Shown piece by piece: positions 1-6,944 of a stretch of DNA of 30,742 bases. This DNA comes from a virus. Its lineage: Duplodnaviria > Caudoviricetes. Location: the IMG/VR virus record IMGVR_UViG_3300032231_000015, positions 1 to 30,742 of that record; one strand, 5' to 3'. The position numbers were made by a program, and so were the translations under genes. The notes below the pieces were generated by a model. It saw nothing but the letters and a program-made list of their open reading frames with translations. It was not told the origin of the DNA and did no database searches. Position 1 is the first letter of the stretch; the number at the start of each line of letters is the position of its first letter.

Positions 1-1
1 T

Positions 2-118
2 GAGTGGTGTGAGTCCGATCCAGTTACATGCCTCCACAGTCATCTGCTCAACACGCCGCACGGACTCGCCGGATTGCAGGCGGTTGAAGAGGGGGCTTGG
101 GAGGGTGAGGTTAGTCAT
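2..118 (-). CDS. hypothetical protein, truncated at window edge (MTNLTLPSPLFNRLQSGESVRR...)
   Basis: ATG at 116-118 overlaps the end of the upstream gene; frame stays open to the window edge. Confidence 0.5.
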   Translation of the reverse strand, partial: MTNLTLPSPLFNRLQSGESVRRVEQMTVEACNWIGLTPL

Positions 119-302
119 TGGGAATCTCCGGGTTGGCTAGTTTGTTGGTGCCTGGAACAATGTCATATTGCACAATCACAGAGTCAGAGCCGAAGTCTCT
201 TTTATCACGCTTGGCCTCTTTAAGGGAATCAGAAACTGTGAACACCACCGCCTTGTCTATGTCGTACCGGGCTCGGGCATCAAACAACAGAAACTTCTTC
301 AT
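111..302 (-). CDS. hypothetical phage protein (63 aa, MKKFLLFDARARYD...)
   Basis: TGATG coupling with the upstream stop; part of a contiguous minus-strand gene chain. Confidence 0.7.
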   Translation of the reverse strand: MKKFLLFDARARYDIDKAVVFTVSDSLKEAKRDKRDFGSDSVIVQYDIVPGTNKLANPEIPND

Positions 303-778
303 CACGCACCACCCTTCCACTTCGCGGCGATGAGGTCGGCGGTGCAGTCGGCGACTTTGTGGTAGGTATTCTGATTACTGGTGCCACGATAAACAAACAT
401 TGGGTCTTCCGTGTCTTCCGGGTTAATCCACAACCTCACCCATCCATCACCACTAGTCCTATCTCGCAAGATATAGAACCTTGAGTCTTGGGTGCTTTGG
501 TAAAGACCTTGCTCCCACTCACTCGGATCACCCGCAAACACCTCCGGCTCGGGTGGAAAGTAATCTCCTGCCTTCACATTCCACCGCACCGGCTCGGCGG
601 TACGCTGGGAGTCGAGGTAGGCGTAGAACGCCTTGCGGAGACAGTCGTTGTAGGCCGGAGCGACTGGCCCAGTTGGTGTGTCCCATACGACCCCGTTTAT
701 TGATCTATAAGTCCGCTCGCCCCCATCGTTGGCGAGGTAGTAGCCGTTGTGTTCTTTCACTGTGATCTTGTTGCTCAT
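302..778 (-). CDS. hypothetical phage protein (158 aa)
   Basis: GAAAGGAAA RBS before ATG at 778; ordinary protein composition. Confidence 0.75.
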   Translation of the reverse strand: MSNKITVKEHNGYYLANDGGERTYRSINGVVWDTPTGPVAPAYNDCLRKAFYAYLDSQRTAEPVRWNVKAGDYFPPEPEVFAGDPSEWEQGLYQSTQDSRFYILRDRTSGDGWVRLWINPEDTEDPMFVYRGTSNQNTYHKVADCTADLIAAKWKGGA

Positions 779-789
779 TGTGTTTCCTT

Positions 790-1122
790 TCACCAGCCGC
801 CGCGTGCTGCGGCCTCTTGCCGGTTGTGGTGGTTGTCGTTTGCATGGTCGGTTGATTCGCGGTCTGCGATGTCAGCGTTGTGCTGGCGCAGTTTGTTCTG
901 GAGCCGAGACAGTGCATCCGTGTAGACATTCCAGTCCTCATCGCTCAAACACTCTGCCGGGTCTTCGGTGCAATCAATGATCGTGCCGTCCTCGTATTGA
1001 ACCGTGAACAACTCGCCGTCGATTTCGTGAATCTCGACCGACTCGCCGGTGAATAGTTTGATAGTCAGGGTTGTATCGTGAATGTCGATGAGTCCGTCTG
1101 AATCGTATTTGAGGTTCTTCAT
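790..1122 (-). CDS. hypothetical acidic phage protein
   Basis: GAAGGGGAA RBS; ATGA overlap with the upstream gene. Confidence 0.75.
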   Translation of the reverse strand: MKNLKYDSDGLIDIHDTTLTIKLFTGESVEIHEIDGELFTVQYEDGTIIDCTEDPAECLSDEDWNVYTDALSRLQNKLRQHNADIADRESTDHANDNHHNRQEAAARGGW

Positions 1123-1379
1123 TGCTTCCCCTTCGTTGTGCCATGCACCGAAGCGGCTCCTTTAGGATGCCATTCCAGATCGAATAATTTCCAAAGCTTC
1201 CACCACCGGAACGACTTAGGAAGTTTCCATTGCCCAACTTCCTCAACAGTATCACAAATGTTATACCCCCCACCGAAATGCCCGCAATACTTGCATGTGC
1301 TTCTCCAGCTGTGCTTCTGACTGTGTGTCATGTAGATACCGCATTTAGAGCATCGAAACCGACTTGTGTATTCGCTCAT
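1119..1379 (-). CDS. small Zn-ribbon-like protein (CSKC...CKYC)
   Basis: two CxxC motifs; RBS GAAAGGAAA; first gene after the promoter at 1422-1449. Confidence 0.7.
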   Translation of the reverse strand: MSEYTSRFRCSKCGIYMTHSQKHSWRSTCKYCGHFGGGYNICDTVEEVGQWKLPKSFRWWKLWKLFDLEWHPKGAASVHGTTKGKQ

Positions 1380-1421
1380 TGCTTTCCTTTCGTTGCGGGC
1401 TTGTGATTGCCCTGGTAATGG

Positions 1422-1449
1422 ATACTAGGCCGCGTATCCGGGTTGTCAA
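1422..1449 (-). promoter_or_regulatory. sigma70-type promoter TTGACA-N16-TAGTAT
   Basis: perfect -35 and near-consensus -10 in the intergenic gap upstream of 1379. Confidence 0.65.
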
Positions 1450-1467
1450 GTGTTGCCGGTTATATTT

Positions 1468-1608
1468 CTACGATCCCCCGATCCGCTCGGCTGCGGCCAT
1501 AACGAGCAGCCGGTAGTGCCTCGGCTTGAGCCGGGGGTGCGTTTCGGGGATATGCCCGCCGTGTGCGGTGATGTACGATTTGAGTTGTGAGAGTGTCCAG
1601 TGTTTCAT
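1468..1608 (-). CDS. small hypothetical protein (46 aa, MKHWTLSQLKSYITAHGG...), below the ORF-track cutoff
   Basis: AGGAG RBS; ATGA overlap with the MTase stop; fills the gap before the promoter. Confidence 0.55.
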   Translation of the reverse strand: MKHWTLSQLKSYITAHGGHIPETHPRLKPRHYRLLVMAAAERIGGS

Positions 1609-2552
1609 TTTATTTCTCCTGACAAGATTTTCCATGCTGTTGCAGCCACAAGCGGAACCTGTCCATTGCCAATGGCTTTGAGTCGGTCCACCCGAGAGGC
1701 CACCCCATGAGCCACTCGACCCACGGCGGGTTCAATGCCCCACCAGCATGGGACGCAAGTGCTGGCGTGTTCCTGTTCAACTCTGCCGGAGATTTCCCGT
1801 TGTCCTTCCAATCTCTCGCACAGGGCGTTGGGAACTTCTTCACCGCCGTCGACAATCCGTCCCCGCTGTATTTGCTCGCACCCTTCCGATTGTGATTCCC
1901 GCACACTGTTGGCGTAGGCCACATCGCCCTTAACTTTCCATGACTCTCCCGCACATCCTTCCCCACCATCGCCTCCGCATCCTCCAAACTGATATTCCCC
2001 GCGACCACCTGCCCCCGAACCAGTCGCATATTCCCCTCGTTGGGTCGCTGAACTACTGTCGGCGTAGGCCAACACCCACATTCTGTTTCGTTTGTGGGGC
2101 GCGCCGACATGCCAAGCTCCCAGCACCCCCCATCGAACACCATACCCCAAACCGGTAAGTCCTTCGATGATGGTGCCAAGTCCACGGGTACGCAGATTCG
2201 GGCTGTTCTCGGCAAACACATATCGAGGGCGCACCTCTTCAACGATTCGCAGATACTCAAACCACAATCCAGAACGCTCCCCGGCAAGTCCTGTACCTCG
2301 ACCTGCCGCACTAATGTCTTGGCAAGGGAATCCACCGGAAACAACATCGACGAGCCCTCGCCACGGCTTGCCGTCGAAGGTTCGCACATCGTCCCAGACT
2401 GGGAAGTCGTCGAGCATCCCGTCCCGCTGCCGTTGCAACAAGACCTCCCTGGGGTATCGCTCGATCTCGACCGCTCCGACCGTAGACCATCCAAGTAGTT
2501 TTGAAGCGAGAAGCCCGCCCCCGGCTCCTGCGAATAATGCCAGCTCATTCAT
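1605..2552 (-). CDS. DNA (cytosine-5)-methyltransferase, main (alpha) polypeptide
   Basis: motif I LFAGAGG, IV GGFPCQDIS, VI FAENSPNL, VIII HKRNRMW, X RLKAIGNGQV; start MNELALF overlaps the upstream stop (ATGA). Confidence 0.92.
   Translation of the reverse strand: MNELALFAGAGGGLLASKLLGWSTVGAVEIERYPREVLLQRQRDGMLDDFPVWDDVRTFDGKPWRGLVDVVSGGFPCQDISAAGRGTGLAGERSGLWFEYLRIVEEVRPRYVFAENSPNLRTRGLGTIIEGLTGLGYGVRWGVLGAWHVGAPHKRNRMWVLAYADSSSATQRGEYATGSGAGGRGEYQFGGCGGDGGEGCAGESWKVKGDVAYANSVRESQSEGCEQIQRGRIVDGGEEVPNALCERLEGQREISGRVEQEHASTCVPCWWGIEPAVGRVAHGVASRVDRLKAIGNGQVPLVAATAWKILSGEIK
1610..2548 (-). CDS. alternative-frame polypeptide nested in the MTase gene; candidate beta subunit carrying motif IX
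   Basis: 312 open codons; ATG directly after the upstream gene's TGA; WPTP/WPTP/FPTP repeats; motif IX-like LNPPWVEWLMGWPLGWT, which the main frame lacks. Confidence 0.65.
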   Translation of the reverse strand: MSWHYSQEPGAGFSLQNYLDGLRSERSRSSDTPGRSCCNGSGTGCSTTSQSGTMCEPSTASRGEGSSMLFPVDSLAKTLVRQVEVQDLPGSVLDCGLSICESLKRCALDMCLPRTARICVPVDLAPSSKDLPVWGMVFDGGCWELGMSARPTNETECGCWPTPTVVQRPNEGNMRLVRGQVVAGNISLEDAEAMVGKDVRESHGKLRAMWPTPTVCGNHNRKGASKYSGDGLSTAVKKFPTPCARDWKDNGKSPAELNRNTPALASHAGGALNPPWVEWLMGWPLGWTDSKPLAMDRFRLWLQQHGKSCQEK

Positions 2553-2773
2553 CGCCTTCCCTTCGCTATTCTTTCCCGTTCGATGCAAACATGGGTCGAT
2601 CCGTTGTGCCCGTCGTCACCATCGAACTCGATTCCGCACGGGATCACGATTGGACACATGCAAACGCTGCACAGCCGCCCGGTGTCCATGTACGCGCGGC
2701 TTGCGATTCTGCTATCGGATTCGACCGGCAGCATTCTGGTTTCTGAGTTTGCGAGTTGTTTGTGTGTGTGCAT
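2549..2773 (-). CDS. hypothetical protein (MHTHKQL..., CSVC motif)
   Basis: AAGGA RBS before ATG at 2773; stop coupled to the MTase start. Confidence 0.6.
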   Translation of the reverse strand: MHTHKQLANSETRMLPVESDSRIASRAYMDTGRLCSVCMCPIVIPCGIEFDGDDGHNGSTHVCIERERIAKGRR

Positions 2774-2792
2774 TTGGTGTCCTTGTTTTTTA

Positions 2793-3104
2793 CTAGAATG
2801 TGGTCGCCGCCTGCGCCATTCCGACAACGCGGGCCAGTTGAATAATCGCATTTTCAGGATTGATCGGGTCTTTGTATCCGGTCACAAAGTTACCGAAATC
2901 GTCTTTCTCTGGATTGAACAACGAGGTTGAAGATATTTCCGCAATGATGCGGCTGATATTTTCGAGCTTGTACTTTTCTTTGTCGAGTGATTTATCAATG
3001 GCCTTTACTTCTCGATCCAGTTTTTCATTCATCCGCTTCATTGATTCATAATCGGCACTCATCGCCTCATACTTTGCTTTCCAGTTTGTTCTTGCGGTTG
3101 CCAT
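2793..3104 (-). CDS. hypothetical coiled-coil protein
   Basis: AAAGGA RBS; K/E-rich heptad pattern. Confidence 0.75.
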   Translation of the reverse strand: MATARTNWKAKYEAMSADYESMKRMNEKLDREVKAIDKSLDKEKYKLENISRIIAEISSTSLFNPEKDDFGNFVTGYKDPINPENAIIQLARVVGMAQAATTF

Positions 3105-3192
3105 GTTGCGTCCTTTTGTTTGGCGCGAATGCGCGTTGTTTGTGAAGCCCGCGCGTCGGGTTTCCCCGGCGAGCGAGTCGGGTGGGCATAGA

Positions 3193-3378
3193 TCAGTGGG
3201 TGGTCATGTACTCCTTTGCCCCATCGGACGCGGTGCCGATGTCGTCCCCGATCCCGTTGATGAGGTGGCCAAAGCCCCTGACGGTTGAGCAACCGGTCAT
3301 CATCATGGTCAGTCCGGTAAAGACTGCGGCGATGAGGAATGCAATGGCGAACTCTGCGAATCGTTTTCGTGCTTTCAT
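3193..3378 (-). CDS. entericidin (EcnA/B)-like small lipoprotein
   Basis: basic N-terminus, hydrophobic helix, lipobox MTG-C, then STVRGFG...GDDI resembling EcnB CNTTRGVGEDI; RBS GAAAGGGAA. Confidence 0.65.
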   Translation of the reverse strand: MKARKRFAEFAIAFLIAAVFTGLTMMMTGCSTVRGFGHLINGIGDDIGTASDGAKEYMTTH

Positions 3379-3483
3379 TTCGTTTCCCTTTCGGTGTTAT
3401 CGGCTCCGCCGTAGTGGTTGGGTCGGCTCCGCTGCCCTGTGATGGTGTATACATCGACACAATCGGGGCGGTGACTTTAGGGG

Positions 3484-3840
3484 TTATGGGTTTTTTACAA
3501 GCGAATCATTGTGTTCGTCAGCATCGCCCAAATACTCAAACTTCGTTCGTAAGCAAAGACAGTCGCCCGCATCAAATACTTCCTGTAACTCGCCGATCAT
3601 ATTTGAGCTACACCACGACCCCTCGTTTCGATGAAACTCGATATCGTCTTTGCTCCAATGTGAAGGCACGACGACCGGATATTCGGTGGTCGCACGAACC
3701 ATAACGGTCTTGATTCTCAGCACGCAATCCTCAGCGTGTTCCCTTCCGATAAGACGGCTGCAATAGAAACAGCAGTCTGGTGGCCCTGCTGGTCTTGGCC
3801 CGTTTTCCTTGGTTACGATGTGGGTTTCAGTGCGTTCCAT
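3484..3840 (-). CDS. hypothetical Cys/His-containing protein (MERTETHIV...)
   Basis: TGATG coupling; CCFYC...HAEDC; the 5' extension in the ORF track overlaps other genes. Confidence 0.7.
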   Translation of the reverse strand: MERTETHIVTKENGPRPAGPPDCCFYCSRLIGREHAEDCVLRIKTVMVRATTEYPVVVPSHWSKDDIEFHRNEGSWCSSNMIGELQEVFDAGDCLCLRTKFEYLGDADEHNDSLVKNP

Positions 3841-4046
3841 CACTCTCTCCCTTCCGCGTTCAGCACCGCGATCCTGTCCGCTTTCGCATCCTTCTCGATT
3901 TCGATTTCGACGCCGCGATCGAAGCCCGCGACATACGAGCGCGACCCCTTTGTGACGGTTGGCTTTCCATCGCGGTACGCGCGCCCGCCGTCGGTCACTC
4001 CGCGTTCGTACTCGATTCGGCTGGTTGGTTTGTACTTTGCTTTCAT
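3840..4046 (-). CDS. hypothetical protein with YxxG repeats (68 aa)
   Basis: ATGA coupling; YERG/YRDG/YVAGFDRG repeats. Confidence 0.65.
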   Translation of the reverse strand: MKAKYKPTSRIEYERGVTDGGRAYRDGKPTVTKGSRSYVAGFDRGVEIEIEKDAKADRIAVLNAEGRE

Positions 4047-4618
4047 GGAGTGCCCTCCCGCTCTCCCCCAAACACATCCCCGGTTTCGACCCAAATCGTA
4101 ACCATCTCGATGAGTTTGGCGAGTTGTGCAGCACTCGCATCCCCCGCATCCCTCGCAGCCCACGCAGCATCCCTAGCAGCAGCCCTCGCAGCCCACGCAG
4201 CCCTCGCAGCAGCCCTCGCAGCATCCCCCGTAGCAGCCCACGCAGCAGCCCATGCAGCAGATGCAGCATCCCCCGCAGCAGCCCGCTCCTCGCGTGTAGC
4301 TTCACCTGCGGCGAATTTGCGGGCAGTCTCGATAGCAACGCGGGGTCGTGAATCGTTTGGGTAGTGTTTCTCAAAAATCGGGAGTGCTTGCTCCGCACAC
4401 CAGCAAACGAACAGGCACAGTAGTTCGTCTGGCAGCACATCGCTTCTCAATACAGTCCAAAAACGATCTTTGGGCTTGATGGTGTCCCACTCACCGCCGG
4501 TCATCGTCAACACTTCCAATGGCGTTCTTGGTTCCGGGTAGAGTTTGGCGATACGCTCGCGAGGCCAGCACGCTTCCCATTCGTCTTTAACGAGTTCAAG
4601 TGTGATTTTGTTAATCAT
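4043..4618 (-). CDS. Imm5-like domain phage protein with Ala-rich AAW/AAR repeats
   Basis: FxxWCAEQALPIFEKHYPNDSRPRxAIxxARxFxxG signature followed by AAWAARDA repeats; RBS GAAAGGGAA. Confidence 0.75.
   Translation of the reverse strand: MINKITLELVKDEWEACWPRERIAKLYPEPRTPLEVLTMTGGEWDTIKPKDRFWTVLRSDVLPDELLCLFVCWCAEQALPIFEKHYPNDSRPRVAIETARKFAAGEATREERAAAGDAASAAWAAAWAATGDAARAAARAAWAARAAARDAAWAARDAGDASAAQLAKLIEMVTIWVETGDVFGGEREGTP
4130..4285. repeat. degenerate 9/12-bp coding tandem repeat (GCAGCCCAC / GCAGCCCTC / GCATCCCCC units)
   Basis: visible directly; encodes the Ala-rich repeats of 4043..4618. Confidence 0.85.
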
Positions 4619-4654
4619 TGTTCCCTTTCGTTGTGCCTCGGTAGAGGCGTGGTG

Positions 4655-5260
4655 TTATCCTGTCGAGCCGCGCATCGACGCACCCTGCATTTCAATCAAT
4701 CCCCCGCCCTCCATGACACGATCCAAGATCGACGCATCGAGAGCGTCACCGATCCGGTCGGTTGTAAGATTCGTCATCAAGATCGTTGGCTTGTTTGCCT
4801 GCGAGTATCGCCAATCGAGCAGCTGCTTGATTTCCCGCTGATCGAATACCGTGTCGTTCGTCGTGTCGAGTTCATCCAGGATGAGAAGCCCGCACTCTTT
4901 GGCAAGATCGAACGGCTCGTCAGTGCGGTCTTTCTTTGAGAACCAAGACTTTTGAGACTGAAGTAGTTGGGGAACCGTCCAGTATCGGCACTTCCCATGC
5001 TTGCGGTTATACCCGCGAATGTTCCAGTTGATCCCGAGCCACGATGCAAGGTGGGTCTTCCCGCACCCGTACCCGCCCCGCACGATGGTTATCCCGCCAG
5101 CAACACAGAACTCACAGAGCGAAAGGAACGCGGCGTGTTGGGATTCTGTCAGGTCGCTTTCCTCGGCTGAATGTATGGCGTTGACATGGCGGGGGGGGAA
5201 CCCGCACACGACGGCCTGATGGGATGCCCGTTTGACATTGAACCCTTGTGCGATGGTCAT
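4655..5260 (-). CDS. DnaC/IstB-like AAA+ ATPase (helicase loader)
   Basis: Walker A GGYGCGKT, Walker B LLILDEL, 'LLDWRY..KPTILMTNL' and 'ILDR' motifs; coupled directly after the initiator. Confidence 0.88.
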   Translation of the reverse strand: MTIAQGFNVKRASHQAVVCGFPPRHVNAIHSAEESDLTESQHAAFLSLCEFCVAGGITIVRGGYGCGKTHLASWLGINWNIRGYNRKHGKCRYWTVPQLLQSQKSWFSKKDRTDEPFDLAKECGLLILDELDTTNDTVFDQREIKQLLDWRYSQANKPTILMTNLTTDRIGDALDASILDRVMEGGGLIEMQGASMRGSTG

Positions 5261-6096
5261 GCTGTTGTTCCTCTCAGTCTGAGCTTGGCAATGATATCGG
5301 GGTCGCCCGGTGTCTTGCCGATATTGCCGTGCCGCAGGTCGGCTTTGGACGGCGGCGGTTCGATGTCCAGCCACCGAAGGTACTCAGGATCACCCTTGCC
5401 CCTCACAGGCCGTAGGAACCGCTGTGCGTCCTTCGGGAGGCAATCCGATGCCGAGAGTGCTTTGGTGGCTTGAAGCACCTTAGCGTGGCTCTCAGGCGAT
5501 CCTATGGCATTCCACGCCGTAAACGCCTCTGTCTTGTTCCCCTTCGGGCAGCCGGGCCGGGATGGGTAGGACTTCCACCATGCCTCAAACTCAGGCGTGT
5601 AGCCCTTTGGCGGATTCTCGCCACGCCCCGAAGGGGCTGACTTAGTCTTACTCTTCTCTTCTCTATCTCTTCTCTTCTCTTCTCTGGTCACGCTTTTGTC
5701 ACAATCTTTTGTGACATTTTTGTGACAGGGTGGTTCGGTCGGACTAGACGCGCTTCTCCGTTTTCGCTGTCTATCGGCTGCATCGGCCCTTTTCTTTGCG
5801 TTCGCCCCCATGTGAGTATCCCAGTTTGGGAACGAAACCCACCCCGATCTGTTGCGCGAAAGCCAACCCACTTTTTGCATCGCAAGCGCAAAACCCTTAC
5901 ACGAAACGCGCAAGTCCACCCATTCGTAGGTGATGTTCTCGCAGTAGCCGTCGATGGTATTTGCGTCCGCCCATGACCAAATCTTGATGAGCCGACCAAC
6001 GACAGCGTGTTCGTCGATCCCCAATGTGTTCGCCATGCCGACGATTGCTGGATCATCACAAAGACCGGTTCGTATTTTGATCCACGGCATACTCAC
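5257..6096 (-). CDS. phage replication initiator / replisome organizer
   Basis: N-terminal WIKI...VVGRLIKIWSWAD, FPNWDTH, RQRKRR, iteron-coded linker CHKNVTKDCDKSVT, REEKRR and C-terminal FEAWWKSYP domain; upstream of the DnaC-like gene. Confidence 0.85.
   Translation of the reverse strand: MSMPWIKIRTGLCDDPAIVGMANTLGIDEHAVVGRLIKIWSWADANTIDGYCENITYEWVDLRVSCKGFALAMQKVGWLSRNRSGWVSFPNWDTHMGANAKKRADAADRQRKRRSASSPTEPPCHKNVTKDCDKSVTREEKRRDREEKSKTKSAPSGRGENPPKGYTPEFEAWWKSYPSRPGCPKGNKTEAFTAWNAIGSPESHAKVLQATKALSASDCLPKDAQRFLRPVRGKGDPEYLRWLDIEPPPSKADLRHGNIGKTPGDPDIIAKLRLRGTTA
5652..5727. other. probable intragenic replication origin: TGTCACA/TGTGACA iterons plus a purine/pyrimidine-asymmetric tract
   Basis: GTCAC 5687, TGTCACA 5697, TGTGACA 5710 and 5721; (TCTCT)n at 5652-5685; same layout as lambda ori inside gene O. 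Confidence 0.7.
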
Positions 6097-6293
6097 GCGA
6101 CCACCCCGCCCTTCTTGGCTGCGATCTCGTCCAGTTCTTTGACGATTCGATCGCGGGTTGACTGTGTGTAGAGGCGATAAAGCCCTACTCGAGCATCCGG
6201 TTCGATCCCCCTGGATTTGATTGCGTAGACGACCGAATCTCTGGCCACTCCGTATTCGACGGCGATCTGGGTGATTGTGTACATTCTCGGCAT
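6093..6293 (-). CDS. small HTH DNA-binding protein (Cro/Xis/MerR-like, 66 aa)
   Basis: YTITQIAVEYGVARDSVVYAIK HTH pattern, G..RLY wing; RBS AAAAGGAG. Confidence 0.8.
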   Translation of the reverse strand: MPRMYTITQIAVEYGVARDSVVYAIKSRGIEPDARVGLYRLYTQSTRDRIVKELDEIAAKKGGVVA

Positions 6294-6311
6294 GACTGCT
6301 CCTTTTTGGAG

Positions 6312-6340
6312 ATCGTACCCCGTACCCTGCACGCGGTCAA
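6312..6340 (-). promoter_or_regulatory. sigma70-type promoter TTGACC-N17-TACGAT for the HTH-replication operon
   Basis: near-consensus hexamers with a 17-bp spacer just upstream of the RBS. Confidence 0.7.
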
Positions 6341-6551
6341 CCCGCCCGCCAAACCATTTTCCTGATCCCGGCAATATGGTCTACTTCACCCGAAAGCCCG
6401 CACGGTTCACGCATTGCCCGAATCCTGCCCGTCTCCCGCGTTCCAGCCCCAAACCCGATTCCGAACCCCTCCGAATCTCAAACGCCTCTAAGGGCGGCTC
6501 TCGCGGCTCCTGTGGCAAGTGGGTAGAACTCCCCATTTTGCACGCGGCCTG

Positions 6552-6911
6552 AGTTATCCACCGTGATCGGGGTCATGGATCGGGGTCATATCACATATGT
6601 GTCACATATGTGTGAACCCGATTACACACCCTCCAGCTATTACGCGGCTATGAGGTACCGATGAAATACCGATGAAGTACCCGCGCCACTTTTGGCGTAG
6701 CGGACGCGCCACAAAATAAGTGGCGCACAGACCCGAGTTACAACCGATCGGCCAAATGCCCGAGTGAATCGCTAGAAACGCGGTTTTTGCGGAGTTACAG
6801 TTGCGCAACTGCTACAAGGCTACAAGTGTAACCGGTCATTTATGACCACCAATGACCACCAATGACCACTGGTCATGACTAGTCATGACTGATCCCAAAG
6901 TTATCCACCGT
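6552..6911. repeat. composite array of different short repeat/palindrome clusters flanked by direct repeats AGTTATCCACCGT (DnaA-box-like)
   Basis: identical 13-mers at 6552-6564 and 6899-6911; internal clusters listed under findings. Confidence 0.85.
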
Positions 6912-6939
6912 TTGACAACACCACCGCACCGCGTACAAT
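6912..6939 (+). promoter_or_regulatory. sigma70-type promoter TTGACA-N16-TACAAT
   Basis: perfect -35 and 5/6 -10; abuts the right DnaA-box-like element. Confidence 0.75.
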
Positions 6940-6944
6940 CAAAC

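Noticed and set aside
2092-2796. Long plus-strand ORFs (also 13776..14552, 16366..17094, 19934..20656, 29576..30421)
   Set aside because: They are antisense shadows of well-supported minus-strand genes in GC-rich DNA, with no RBS or motifs.
3059-3460. 133-aa minus-strand ORF overlapping the lipoprotein gene
   Set aside because: It has R/H-rich off-frame composition; the nested 61-aa lipoprotein has the RBS and a recognisable signal.
3841-4440. 5' extension of the 318-aa ORF 3484..4440 (LLRG repeats)
   Set aside because: It is an off-frame read of the Ala-repeat DNA of 4043..4618; the real start is the coupled ATG at 3840.
5191-5198. G8 homopolymer as a frameshift or phase-variation site
   Set aside because: The DnaC-like frame is intact across it, and nothing indicates an alternative product.
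6271-6552. Plus-strand ORF as a possible divergent repressor
   Set aside because: It is P/R/S-rich with no HTH or RBS, and overlaps the HTH gene and its promoter.
6602-6808. 68-aa minus-strand ORF in the repeat array
   Set aside because: It has no RBS, a TTG start, and lies downstream of two terminators; likely chance.
6552-6911. CRISPR or mini-CRISPR array
   Set aside because: There is no constant 23-47 bp repeat with unique spacers; the repeats are short and change from block to block.
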